Shown in pieces: positions 40,675 to 54,606 of a DNA stretch of 64,000 nt. Under the pieces are notes generated by a model. It saw only the letters and a program-made list of their open reading frames with translations, searched no databases and had not been told where the DNA came from. Source of the DNA: Octopus vulgaris (Eukaryota); contig OX597828.1 of NCBI GenBank assembly GCA_951406725.2, positions 33,542,001 through 33,606,000 on the forward strand, written 5' to 3'. Positions within the stretch are counted from its first letter, which is position 1. Every line of letters starts with the position of its first letter. A program made the translations under genes and the position numbers.

Positions 40675-40819
40675 TAAAATATAAAATTGAAAACTTTAAA
40701 TTATTTAAATTGAAAATAAAAATTATGAAGTTATATTTATAATTTGTTTAAAAATATATATAACTATGAAAAAGTATGAAAAAGTTTAATATACATAAAT
40801 ACAGATATATACACTTTGT

Positions 40820-41071
40820 TTATATACATTATATATACATCTTTATATATAGAACACACACACACACATACATTATATATACATATTTATATATAGAACA
40901 CACACACACACACATACATTATATATGCATATTTATATATAGAACACACACACGCACATACATTATATATACATATTTATATATAGAACACACACACACA
41001 CATACATTATATATACATATTTATATATAGAACACACACACACATACATTATATATACATATATATATAGA

Positions 41072-41100
<29 letters not shown>
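40820..41100. repeat. ~42-bp compound minisatellite x6
   Basis: tacattatatatacatatttatatatagaa(ca)n repeated. Confidence 0.85.
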
Positions 41101-41102
<2 letters not shown>

Positions 41103-41513
41103 AATGAACGCAAGAATATCTGATTCATAATATTTGTTCTCATGCTCGTGTGTTGATTGTTGGTGACAGACATATACTTCAAAGAACGCCGCCGAAGTGA
41201 TAGGAAGGTAGGAAACAGAGTCAGTGAAAAAGAAAGGAAATAGCGATAGTGACAGATACTTTAAATAACCGTAGTGGCATTCTGAAAGTTATAAATGAAG
41301 AGGAGTGACAGAGTACTGGAGGAAATAGGGTGAGGTAGGAAGATGGCCCCTAGAAACCACAGCTTTTAAGATAGGGATTTCTAAGGTAGCCCACGCGCAT
41401 CGTCACCTCATTCTACATGTCCCTGTAAATTTTGGAGCGAATCGGAGGTGATGTAGTGGCATTGAAAGCGAACCAAGCGGTAAAAACGCATTTCAGTATT
41501 ATATATAGAGAAG

Positions 41514-41564
<51 letters not shown>

Positions 41565-42071
41565 TGTATGTATGTATGTATGTGCATATATATTTGTGTG
41601 TCTGTGTTTATCCCCCACTATGGCTTGACTGCCGATGTTGGTGTGTTTACGTTCCCGTAACTTAGCGGTTCGGCAAAAGAACCCGACAGAATAAGTACTG
41701 GGCTTACAAAGAATAATTCCTAGGTCGATTTGTTCGACTAAAGGCGGTGCTGCAGCATGGCCGCAGTCAAATAAGTGAAACAAGTAAATGAAACCATGTG
41801 TGTATGCGTGTGAGAAGGTGTGTTCACACGTGTGTGTGTGTGTGTAAGTAAGTGCGTGTATATATGTATATAAACTGTCCGTATATGTGCGTGAGTGTGC
41901 GTGAGTGTGCGTGAGTGTGCGTGAGTGTGCGTGAGTGTGCGTGAGTGTGCGTGAGTGTGCGTGTATCTGTGTGTTAAATTTTTACGTGCACTGATAATCA
42001 CAATAGAGAAAAATACGCAGAGATGGTAACAAGAAAATATATGTAACGGAAAAGACCCGAAATTGAAAATA

Positions 42072-42309
42072 CAGGGTTGGCCAAAAGTCACCGGACAGTA
42101 AATCAGAACTATTTAATTCCAAGATTGATTTATGTTTAACAACTGAATGATTTTACTAAAAGCATCTAAATATGAAACATAATGCAAATTGTTCCAACTG
42201 AAGTCTTTCTTGACCAACACATTTTTTTCCATTCGAGTCAATACAGAATTACATTTATGGAATTTTGATTTACTGAGAATTTTGATTTAATGACTTTGGG
42301 CCAACCCTG
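42072..42309. mobile_element. Tc1/mariner-type MITE
   Basis: TA-cagggttggccaaaagtca...tgactttgggccaaccctg-TA. Confidence 0.88.
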
Positions 42310-43004
42310 TATAATGAACACATAGGGAGCACTCCGTCATATTATTATATGAGGTTATGGATTCCGCAAAGGTCGACTTTGCTGCTCATCCTTTCGCGGG
42401 GGGGTCGATGAATTAAGTACCAGTTACGCACTGGGGTCAATGTAATCGACTTGTCCCCCCCCCCGCCAAAAAAATTTCCGGCCTTGTGCCTATAGTAGAA
42501 AGGATTATATGAGGTTATGGTGATTCCCCAAGCTTTAAGCAAGATTGCCATCATGCAACGGTGCGATTAGCTACAGGGTAAATATCGGTTACAAATGTTG
42601 GCACAAGGCCAGCAATTTTGGAGGAGAGGCTAAGTCGAAGTCATCGATCCCAGTGCTTAATTGGGATTTATTTTATCGACCCCGAAGGGATAAAAAGTAA
42701 AATCAACTTCTGAACGAAAAGGCGAACGAAATGCCACTAAGCATTTTGCGCGGCGTACGTACGATTCTGTCGAGTCGCCGCCTTAGTTACAGCATGACAA
42801 CTGGTGTTGGGTTTCGCTTACCTCTGCTGTGATGTAGCAATTCGACAGGAGCGACCATTAGAATAAGGCTTAAGTGGAAATACGTACGAGGGACGATTTT
42901 TACTACTAAACCCTTCGAGGTGGTGTTCCAGCATGGCCGCAACCCATTGGCTGAAAGAAGCAAAAAGGATAAAGACAACAACGTAAAAGAAAGATATCTA
43001 TATA

Positions 43005-43430
43005 GGCGCAGGAGTGGCTGTGTGGTAAGTAGCTTGTTTACCAATCACATGGTCCCGGGTTCAGTCCCACTGCGTGGCACCTTGGGCAAGTTTCTTCTAC
43101 TATAGCCTCGGGCCGACCAAAGCCTTGTGAGTGGATTTGGTAGACGGAAACTGAAAGAAGCCCGTCGTATATATGTATATATGTATATATGTGTATATGC
43201 GTGTGTGTGTTTGTGTGTCTGTGTTTGTCCCCCTAGCATTGCTTGACAACCGATGCTGGTGTGTTTATGTCTCTGTTACTTAGCGGTTCGGCAAAAGAGA
43301 CCGATAGAATAAGTACTGGGCTTACAAAAGAATAAGTCCAGGGGTCGAGTTGCTCGATTAAAGGCGGTGCTCCAGCATGGCCGCAGTCAGATGACTGAAA
43401 CAAGTAAAAGAGTAAAAGAGTAAAAGAGTA
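43005..43430 (+). mobile_element. SINE family A, full length
   Basis: ggcgcaggagtggctgtgtggtaag...gggttcagtccc tRNA-like head; (AAAAGAGT)n tail. Confidence 0.92.
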
Positions 43431-43899
43431 ATATATACACACACACACACTTACGCACACGCACACATATATAATTTATATATATATACATACATACATA
43501 CATAAATGCATATATATGTGTGTGTGTATGTATGTATGTATGTATGTATGTATGTATGTATGTATGTATTATTATGTATTATTTCAGGATTTCTTCAAGG
43601 CGTTAGCCATCATTTTCGAGTCTGATCGAAAGGCTTTATAGTTAATTGTGACTTCGTCTATCGTTTCAAAGTACGTTTGTTTACTTTCCTACGTCCACCC
43701 TGTATTGTCTTGTTTGCGCGAGTCCTAATTCTACGCAAACCTTTCGCGTGCCACCGATATATGAAGTGCTCAGTCTTATCGCTAAAGGCACGAAACTGAG
43801 TATAAGTATTATTGGTCGATAACTGATGAAGAATTAGGGTCCTTCGTTGTCTGTCCTACGTGTACCTTTTTTTAGTATTTAATGCATGTTTCGTTTTAT

Positions 43900-43968
<69 letters not shown>

Positions 43969-44002
43969 CAGACTGACAGACAGACGGACGGACGGACGGA
44001 CG

Positions 44003-44044
<42 letters not shown>

Positions 44045-44056
44045 AGACAGACAGAC

Positions 44057-44107
<51 letters not shown>

Positions 44108-44108
<1 letters not shown>

Positions 44109-45065
44109 GTTTCTTTATTAGCCACACAGGGCTGCACACAGATAGGACAAATTACAAGGTAGAGCTTTTCTTTTGGGGATAAGAAAGGGGGTTTGGCTTT
44201 TGATCAAAAGGGATCGTAAAAGGAAAGAAAGAGGACAAAAAAGGGGGGAGGGATAATAAATAGGGATCGTTATCACAGAAATGTCAATATAAAGTGTAAA
44301 GGGGAGGACAGGTGAGGTTTACCCGTGGAAAGAAAAGCCTACGGAAAAGACCACGGTAACCTCGGTCAATGAAGTCACATGTTATATTTTTTTACAAATA
44401 AGCAACTCTCTGTATTAATTTTTACGGTTCATAGGATGATAGTCAAGGTTGCTTCGTCATTCATACGTGCCATCCTTGCTACATTCACCCATCTTTTTTT
44501 AAAACATTCACTAGACAAAACTTGCCTCTCTACTCTCGCTTTCCTCTTCAAGTGATACTTGAAGAAGTTGATGAGAGATTGACCAGAGAGAAAAGTGTTT
44601 GTCTCTAATCCTTTCAGGCGCGTCCACCAGATACATTCTTTCGCCATATCCACAAGTATGATAAAAATAGCTCTTCCTTCCCGTTTGAAGGAAGGAGGCG
44701 TGACGATATTAACGATAGACTCGGCTGATAAACCGACACGTCCCACACGTGACAGCAGTCGTTCGACATAAGCCCATAGGTCGGAAATTGTTGGACACTG
44801 CACGATTGCGTGCAGAACGGTTTCGTCGCTCTGCCCGCATCTCGGGCAGGTCGGCCCCGTGTTTCTCGAGCCATGCCTATAGAGCTTATCCCGAAAGGGT
44901 AGCGCTTCTCGGTAGCACCACCAGGCCAGGGATCTCTGGAAGTTGTCCATAGGTCCCGGCCCGAAAGTCGTTTCAAACAGGCGGGTCAGGTATTCCTCGT
45001 CGACGCCCAGGTTTGCTCCGAGCTCGTCATCGTACCTACCCTCCACTAATCCCCTATAGAATGCT
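44108..45065 (-). mobile_element. Tx1/L1-clade LINE 3' end (ORF2 C-terminus plus 3' UTR)
   Basis: ORF 44429-45046 with CPRCGQSDETVLHAIVQC zinc motif; AATAAA immediately before (TCTA)n. Confidence 0.88.
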
Positions 45066-45072
45066 TTGTGTG

Positions 45073-45129
<57 letters not shown>

Positions 45130-45132
45130 ATT

Positions 45133-46021
45133 ACATTGGTAAGAAAGTTCTTGGACAAATCATTGTTGCAAATCATCGAAGCCGATCCAGTGCAAACTGC
45201 ACGTCAACTTGCGGTACAGTTTGGCGTCTCTCATGTCACGGGAGACATGGCAAGGTCAACAAACTTGGAAAATGGGTGCCACATGAATTGACTGAAGCGA
45301 ACAAACAAGCATGTGTCACTGCACATCGAAGTTTGCTCTAGCGAAGCCGAAGATTCGATTGGTTGGAGTCAGTAATCACTATGGTAGAAAAGTGGGTACT
45401 GTACTCCAACGTGAGGTGCACATGATCTTGGTGTAGCAAAGGTCAACAGCCAAAATCTTCGACAAAAGGGCCGCTTGTACAAAAGAAGGCTATGATCTCA
45501 GTTTTGGTGGGATTGCCGTGGTGTGATCACAATGGATCCTCTCCCACGCAATGCCACTGTTGACAAGGATATCTACTGCGAACAAACTGACCGTCCAAAG
45601 ATCGCACTGGCCGAAAAACGCTCAAATTTGAAGAAGATAAGTTACCACCAAAACAACGCTCCAGCACATCGTGCAAAGAAGACGTCAGAGAGCTGAAGGA
45701 GGTGAGCTGGGAGATTATGGTGCACCCACCATATTCTCCTGACCTTGCCCCTTCTTACTATCACTTATCCTCTGCCTTGCAATGCGCGATTGGCGATACA
45801 GAGTTCGAAAACGCAGAAGGTGTGAAATCGTTCCTTTACGACTTTATTGATTCAAAGCCACGTGATTTCTGGATGAAAGGATTCAAATCTTTGGCTGAAA
45901 GATGGCAAAAGGTGATCAATAACGAGGGTGATTACCTTTTGGATTGATTGTTCTTTGTTGTTTTTTTAATTGTTAATAAAGTGATATGTTAAAAGTGTCC
46001 AAGAACTTTCTTACCAAACTG
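45133..46021 (+). mobile_element. Internally deleted mariner
   Basis: TIRs ttggtaagaaagttcttggaca; GKWVPHELT, HPPYSPDLAPS, LAERWQKVINNEGDY. Confidence 0.92.
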
Positions 46022-46051
46022 ATATATCTATCTATATATATATATATATAT

Positions 46052-46768
46052 TTGAAAAAAATTAGAGTCGACAAGAAGGAGTACGGTTGGACATTTATTT
46101 TCAAAAATACAATTGTTTCCACGCAGCATAGTTCTCCAGACATACAGGTATTTGATTAATCAACCATTTCCTTGCATCGTGATGCCTGGTGTTTCCTCAA
46201 GCGATATATGAATATTGTTTCAATAAGTATAAATTCTCAGCTTCAAGAACATCCTCTCTGTTTGTCGTGGCCTGAAGTTAGTAGGAGCCACTGAGTTTAT
46301 CAAAGCTGTGTTGTTGTTGAAGGGCCGTTGGCAAACTGCTTTGAGTGTGTACATGTAGTGGGTTGGTGATTCTGCTACTATTAATGTGGTTGTCGTTTTA
46401 AAAGGGTCGGCATTTTATTTCGTTGCACTGTTGATTTGTTCTTCATTGTTGATTACACATGCGATTGTCCTTAACTGACCTTTAAGAATTGGCCCATACG
46501 TACACATATACACTTTTGATAAACCCAGTGGCTCCTACAAGCTCCAGACCACGACAGACAGAAATGATGCTCTTGAAGCCGAGAATTTGTCCTTACGGAG
46601 ACAATATTCATATATCGCCTGAGAAAACACAACTAGATCTCATAATGCAGGGAAACGGTTGCATAATCAAGTACCTGTTTGGAGAACTACGTTGCGTGGA
46701 AACAATTGTAGTGATTGAAAATAAATGTTCAACCGTACTCCTTCTTGTTGACTCCAATTTTTTACAAT
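46052..46768. repeat. Inverted repeat (~46052-46310 / 46509-46768) with HHR motif in each arm
   Basis: ~260 bp diverged reverse-complement arms. Confidence 0.88.
46614..46715 (+). ncRNA. Hammerhead motif (mirror copy 46103-46205, minus)
   Basis: atcgc-CTGAGAA...gtg-GAAA-caattg-TA-gtgat; the mirror has TTGAGGA, so the two-copy consensus is CTGAGGA. Confidence 0.6.
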
Positions 46769-46949
46769 TATCTATTCACACACGACAGAATACCAAATGC
46801 AAACCTGGAAGCAAGTATAATACTACTACGGATAACACAAGAGGAAATCTGAAGGTGGACGAGCTTTATACTGTAGTCTACTGTTCTTAACAGAATATAA
46901 TATAACTATACATATATACATATATATACATATATATACATATATATGC

Positions 46950-47000
<51 letters not shown>

Positions 47001-47667
47001 TGTATGTATGTATGTATGTATGTATGTATATATATATATTTATGTACATACTTACGAGCCAAGCACACATACACGCATCTATACATGTCTGTATATATGC
47101 ATGTGTTTAAGTATATTAAACATAATTCAGAATATTTCAGCATCACCAGGAACGCAGCAACTAGTAATGGGATGCGAGGAATTTCATAGAATCAAAATTT
47201 CAATTATTTACAAAAGATTCTCGAAGGAGTTTGAAGGAGATAGAAGCTTCGAGCCAATGTGCATTTGCTACCGTTTTTGTGTATCGAATCTTGTTGTTGT
47301 TGTTGTTGGTGTTGTTTTGTTGATGTTGATTTATGTGAATTCGTCTGTTGTAATTGTCTCCTGTCTATATAAAACTTTAATAACAATGCTTCTGTTTCTA
47401 GTAAACGAGACACAACCTAAAACAATAACTAAATTTTTGGAAAATTCTACTGATGAATATGTATATAGGTACGTATATTAAAACACACGCACACACACAC
47501 ATGCATGCATACATACGTACATATATACATGCATACGTACATACTTATATACATACGTAAATAGACGCATATAGAGATGGAGAGAGGGGTATACAGACGC
47601 ATACAGAGGGACAATACTATAGATGCCTATGTTCATATAGATACACAACGCACAAATATGCACGCAT

Positions 47668-47708
<41 letters not shown>

Positions 47709-48018
47709 CTCACTCACTCACACACATACACATAAAAAACACACACATACACACATATACGCACACAAATGCACACACACACGAACGAACACATGCATAA
47801 TCTTATATAACGATAGATATTGCCAGTCTACGTTAAGGGTGTGGATATCTCTCTCTATGTGTGTGTGCGTGTGTGTATAGTTTTTGTGTGTATTATATAT
47901 ACACATATATTCATAAATACACACGCGATGATACGTATGTATAAAGAATGAGAGATAAACAGAAACTTTCACATATTGATTTATATATCAATATGTCTCA
48001 CAATACCAGTATATATAC

Positions 48019-48054
<36 letters not shown>

Positions 48055-48681
48055 AGACAGAGAGAGAGTTGTATATATATGATATATAATATATATAAGT
48101 ACATACTTATCGATATATATGCATGCCATATATACATATACACATATGTGATACGTACATAAGTGTATATATATATACATACATATACACGTCCGTGTGT
48201 TTTGCTTACATATGTAGCCACATGTGTGTGAATGTTCATATGTATGTATATGCATGTGTGTATTTGTGAGTATGTGTAACTATATATATAGAGAGAGATA
48301 GATAGATAGATATATGTATGTAAATGTATGTATATACATATTTACATACATACATATATACATACATGCTTACTTACATACATACATACTTACATATATG
48401 GAATGTGTATCAGCTTTTAACCGTATCGTGTTGAAAATACGTTTGTGTGATTTATTGAAATTTATTGAAATTTTATGTTTAGAACCACAATTCAGTATTT
48501 TTTATTAGTTGGTGGTCATCAAATATACAAATATGAACACACGAATAAATATTGTATACATTTCTATATACAGTCATATATGGGTGTATGTACGTATTAG
48601 TGACACAATGGAAGGAGGTATATGTGTGTACGTGTGTACGTATAGCTATGTTTGTGCTTGGATTATATCGTGTGTCTATAT

Positions 48682-48717
<36 letters not shown>

Positions 48718-49380
48718 GTGCGAATATATATCCCATACATACGCACATGCATGGATACACACAACACGTATACACATATATACGTATTACATGTACATAT
48801 ATACGCTTGTGCATTTTGTTACTGTGTGTATTATATACAGTTTCGTTTTCGCCATGCACGAACCACTTGTCCCTTTGTTTACTACTGAGACTTTATTTCG
48901 ATTCAATATTAATACATACAATCTTTTATAGAGTCGTATTTCTCTTCTTTGTCACACGAAATGAGATATTCTTATTTTATATGTTGTGTGCCCGTGCAGT
49001 AATTTACACCTTTAGGGGTCTCCGAGTGTATAACCAGTGTTCCCCAAAGAAATCCACTATGGAAGTGGTGAGGAGTGGTATCACTGATCAAACAGACTTA
49101 AAAGAGAAATTTTCCCGACTATGAACAACTCAATTATTTTTATACATTGTGTATCGAATGTGTCTTAGAAATTTTCTTTCGGGTACATAGGCGCAGGTGT
49201 AGGTGTGTGGAAAGAAGCTTGCTTCCCAGCCACATGGTTCCGGGTTCAATCCCACTGCGTGATACCATGGGCATGTGTCTTCTACTATAGCCTCGGGCCG
49301 ACCTAAGCCTTGTGAGTAGATTCGGTAGACGGAAACTGAAAGAAGCCCATCGTATATATATATATGTATATGTATATATA

Positions 49381-49735
49381 TATCACCTTGATCACCTTGA
49401 CCGACCAGTCCGTCAGGTGTCCATTTGACACCGCTGGTCACAGCACGCTGTCCACTCCTCTCTGGATCGCGCCTTTCTCATCCACGTGATCCCAATTGTC
49501 CTCCTGAAATCGTAACTCCACCGTCTTCCGGGTGGTCTTTTCCGCTCGCGTGGGTACCACTCGAGAACTGCGTGCGTCCACCTATTATCGGTGAGCCGGG
49601 CGACGTGTCCAGCCCATCTATACTTACTGCGTGTATACTCTGCGATGACATCTCCCACGCCGGACTTCTTTCTGATGATCTCGCTACTTATGTGCTCTCT
49701 CAACGAGATACCAAGCATTGACCTTTCCATAGCTA
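49381..49735 (-). mobile_element. RTE-clade LINE 3' end
   Basis: AMERSMLGISLREHI...KYRWAGHVARLTDNRWT...WYPRERKRPPGR; short tandem tail. Confidence 0.9.
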
Positions 49736-50055
49736 TCTTTTTATACATAATAAATACAAAAATGAAAACATCCAGATACAAAGAAAACAAGGACGGGTCA
49801 TTCGAAGTTTTCTTTTCTCAGTCGAGTTCCAGATTATCTTTGCAATTTCGGCTGGTTATACTCAAGATTGGTCCAATCTTGCCAGCCCCAAGGAAAAACT
49901 AAGCTAAGAGCATAAAATCCCTTGGAAGAAAGCAGCGAATATAAAAACACAAGGAAGGATAAAAACGGAGAAATGCGTCGGTCTAGATGTTTTGTTGTCC
50001 CTTTTTTGTATCACTTAACTGTCTGAATGTTTTGCGTTCCTGTCTCATTTTTTGT

Positions 50056-50121
<66 letters not shown>

Positions 50122-50504
50122 CTTGTGAGTCTGTGTTTGTCCCCTACCATCGCTTGACAAGCAATGTTGGTGTGTTTACGTCCCCGTAACGTAGCAGTTC
50201 GGCCAAAGATATCTACATAATAAGAACTAGGCTTACAAAGAATAATTCCTGGGGTTCGTCGTTCGGCTAAAGGTGGTGCACCAGCATGGCGGCAGTCAAA
50301 TGACTGAAGCAAGTAAAAGAATAAGAGAATACATTTGGCTGCTATTTCTTTAAAATCATACAATATAGCTGTTGCAGCCTCGTTGATTCGGAGAAGAAAC
50401 TAATACATTGATGGCCTAAAAGATGCACCTTTTTTACCCCAAAATGGCTTTAAAAATCCCTCTGCGTCCAATGCACTCAATGTAGGCACAAAACTTGCTC
50501 AAAA

Positions 50505-51005
50505 CGGTCGACTTTGCCTTTCATCCTTTCGGTGTCGATAAATTAAGTACCAGTGACGCACTGGTGTCGATATAATCGATTTAATCCGTCTGTCTGTCCT
50601 TCTTTGTCTCCTCTGTGTTTATCCCCTTTTGGGTAGTAAAGAAATAGGTATTTCGTCTGCGGCTACGTTCTGAGTTCAAATTCCGCCGAGGTCAACTTTG
50701 CCTTTCATCCTTTCGGTGTCGATTAAATAAGTATCAGTTACGCACTGGGGTCGATATAATCGACAATCCGTTTGTCTGTCCTCTCTGTGTGTAGCCCCTT
50801 GTGGGCAGTAAAGAAATAGGTATTTTGTCTGTAGTTACGTTCTGAGTTCAAATTCTACCGAGGTCGACTTTACCTTTCATCCTTTCGGGGTCGATTAGAT
50901 AAGTACCAGTTATGCACTGGGGTATCGATGTAATCGATTTATTTCCTTTGTCTGTCTGGTTTGTACCCCTCTATGTTTAGCCCCTTGTGGGCAATAAAGA
51001 AATGA
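50505..51005 (+). mobile_element. Head-truncated SINE B tandem array (~3 units)
   Basis: Units joined at gaaataggtattt(c/t)gtctg. Confidence 0.85.
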
Positions 51006-52130
51006 TTATTATGATGCTAACTTCTGGCACATTCAACATTACTGTGCATACACAGTGAAATAATTTTACATACGGAAACTAATTTATATGGAGAAAATAT
51101 GTGCTATCTGCTTCATACTTTTTAAAGTTTGCTGCAAGCATTGCAAAGTGCAGGCATGGCTGTGTAATGAAGAAGCTAGCTATTCAACAATGTGACGTTG
51201 GGTTCAGTTCCACTGCACGGTACCCTGGACCGATCAATGCCTTGTAAGAAAAGTTTCGAAAGACATTCAAATGCCTTGGATACTAATCTTCAACCTATTT
51301 TATTGTTTTTATTTTCTCTTTGCTTTATGCTTTTCTTGTTTATTTTTTATTGTTTTGTTAAATCTAATTTAACAGATTTAGGAAAAAACTCATAAAGACA
51401 AACTGAAAACTAAATGTGTTATTGGTAACCTGGTAATTAGCAGGTATAATGAATTATTTAAGAATTAAATTAGCAAGTCAACCAATTAGTTCGGTATGTA
51501 TCTGAACGAGTGTTTATTGTTACTATTTTTATTATTGTTGTTGTTGTTGTTGTTGCTGCTGGTATTAGTCTGGTTGTTATTGTTCATCGAACAAACAACA
51601 CATAACCGAGAACACTCAGAAAGTTTTCCTCTCAAAAAGTACAGTATTTCATTCGTATACCCAGGTATATTTTCATCGTTAATACCTGTTATTTGCATTT
51701 TGTTCAATTAACCAAGATCGCAGCGGGTTGCTTAGCTCTTTTGTTTCTTATCTTTGTAAATTCAAGCAAATAAGGAAGATACCAAAAAAGCACAACTTTA
51801 AAAGATGTCGAAATCTTCAACAGCCTTGGTGAACAATCACCTACGGTATGTTTATATCGAATGTGGATGCAATAAATTGCTTATAATTACCGGTAATAAC
51901 ATAAAGTTATACAGGTATGGGAGGGAGGTGATTTCGAAAGAAAAGTGGAATCTATTTCTGACCCTCTCCTCTTCAGTCGATCAGTTAAAGAATATTCCAC
52001 GCCACACAGACACATCTTCGTAATAAACAAACTCGAAAAACCTACACCAAGACCAATGCAACAACCTCTCTGAAGTTCATTATTCACATTATTAATAAGA
52101 ACGTAAATAAGAACGAGAACATGTTTTAGC

Positions 52131-52552
52131 ACTCTCTTTACTCTTTACTCTTTTACTTGCTTCAGTCATTTGACTGCGGCCATGCTGGAGCACCGCCTTT
52201 AGTCAAGCAAATCGACCCCGGGACTTATTCTTTGTAAGCCCAGTACTTATTCTATCGGTCTTTTTTGCCGAACCGCTAAGTGACGGGGACGTAAACACAC
52301 CAGCATCGGTTGTCAAGCAATGCTAGAGGGACAAACACAGACACACAAACATATACACACACATACATACATATAAATATACATATATACGACAGGCTTC
52401 TTTCAGTTTCCGTCTACCAAATCCACTCACAAGGCATTGGTCGGCCCGGGGCTCTAGCAGAAGACACTTGCCCAAGATGCCACGCAGTGGGACTGAACCC
52501 AGAACCATGTGGTTGGTATGCAGGCTACTTACCACACAGCCACTCCTGCACC
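52131..52552 (-). mobile_element. SINE family A, full length
   Basis: Reverse complement of the 43005-43430 family. Confidence 0.92.
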
Positions 52553-53202
52553 TATATAATTAGCTATTATAGACTTTATACCAAATTTAGATAAAACTTA
52601 ACCTGTAACATCGCCCACTTTGCTGGGTTGATGCAGTTGTGGCACACGAATATCCTAGATTTTATATAAATAAAGGTCATCCGCTTAAAATACTAACAAC
52701 CACTTAGTAACAAACTGAATCCACCGGTCCTTTTGCAGCAATATTTCTTTTCTCCTTTGTCTCACGCAACTAAAGAGACATCTATTTCTGTTGAAATATC
52801 TATCTACGACCTCCACCATGCCTACGCAGACTCATTGAAGAATTAAAATCGCGATCTCGCAATGGTGTTTGTAGACTGGGCCTCACTCAACATATCTGTC
52901 CCTCGATCCCGCCTTAGTTTTCTGTATCCTACCTAATTCATATTTCAATTTCCTATACAAATCTTTTGTCTCAACCATTTACTCTTACAGCAGCAAATCT
53001 GTCCACGTTCTCTCAGTAGTAGATGTCATTTTCACACACATTGAAAGTGAACATTAATGATATCAATTTTAGTTTTATCTAAGTTTGGTATAAAGTCTGT
53101 AATAGCTAATCAGTGCTAAAACATTTTCTCGTTCTACAACACATAGTCTTGCAAATAGGGTTTTGGCAATGCTTTATGCGTAATTCCGCAATGAGAGATT
53201 AT

Positions 53203-53487
53203 TTTTTTATTTATGCTCCCTTCTCAAGCCTAACCAGGCTCATGGGCCCGGTTTCCCGGTTTCTGTGGCGTATGTGTTCCCCCACCCACCTAGCTGAACG
53301 GGGTACAAGAAACAGGAAGAAAGATTGAGAGAAAGCTGGGGCGAAAGACTACAACAGGGGTCGCCACCACCACCCTGCCGAAGCCTCGTGGAACTTTAGG
53401 TGTTTTCGCTCAATAAACACACGCAACGCCCGGTCTGGGAATCGAAACCGCGAGTCCGCTGCCCTAACCACTGGACCATTGCGCCTC
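53203..53487 (-). mobile_element. SINE family C with third tail type
   Basis: 14-bp TSD caatgagagattat (53189-53202 / 53488-53501). Confidence 0.88.
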
Positions 53488-53878
53488 CAATGAGAGATTA
53501 TAAGCAATTATAAAGACATAGCATGTTGAAGAATAGTGCAGGCACATAGCTTAGTGGTTAGGGTGTTGGACTCAGGATTGTAAGATTATGGTGTCGATTT
53601 TTGAAGCAGGTGATGTGTTGTGTCCTTGAGCAAAACACTTCATTTCATATTGCTCCAGTCCAATCAGTTGGCAAACATGGGTAATCCTGCGACGGACTGA
53701 CGTCCTGTCCAGAGAGGGATATATATACGCCAGGAAAACTTAAAAACCGGGAAACTAGTCCTATGCCCCTTATGGAGTAATGTAGACTGGCAAATTTCAA
53801 GACTGTAACTGCATATCAAAATCCGTCTTGCACAGAGGAAGAATGAATGAGCTCTCTTGCAAAGGGAAATGAATTTGT

Positions 53879-54011
<133 letters not shown>

Positions 54012-54467
54012 GTTAATCAAGGTAAGTTGGAAACGTTCTCATTAAAAGGTATTTTCAATCTCTGTGCAAGGAGGCCATACATGTGATGTAAATGTTACGT
54101 GTGGATGACGTTTGTGTGCAGAAGGTTAAAAGGAATGCAAGTATTTCATTTGCCTAGAAGTGTCTATGTTTAGGCGTTTAGAATATTTACACTCCGAAAA
54201 TAAAGTTAATTTTGATGTGAAGGTGAAAAAATGGCTTTAAAATGAACATTCGCTGCTGACAGGGAATGATTCCTTTCGAAATAGTAGGGATCTTTTTCTT
54301 TTTAGTTGTTTAATTATTGTTTTGTTTAGGGTTCACTTGCCTTATTATTGCTAAAAGCATGTGTTTCTAAATTATTTTCTACAGACCAATTTTTTTTTTT
54401 ATTCAGCAACAATTTTAAATGTTTAAACCATTCAGTTTTGTTTTAAACAAACACACACACACTCACA

Positions 54468-54548
<81 letters not shown>

Positions 54549-54568
54549 ATCTTATATATCTATACACA

Positions 54569-54606
<38 letters not shown>

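Larger units (their letters stand above)
38270..41514 (-). mobile_element. Possible large non-autonomous Helitron with nested insertions
   Basis: Minus-strand 3' hairpin cccgcgcgtagagcggg plus CTAG at 38270-38300; TCTCTATATATAATAC-type 5' end at ~41495-41514; linkage of the two ends inferred. Confidence 0.5.

Noticed and set aside
43755-43805. HHR-like atgaa-gtgc...gcac-GAAA-ctgag-TA
   Set aside because: Core and stem I incomplete; probably a fossil.
51805-51845. Possible short plus-strand exon MSKSSTALVNNHLR|GTATGT
   Set aside because: Could easily be chance; no acceptor, partner exon or homology.
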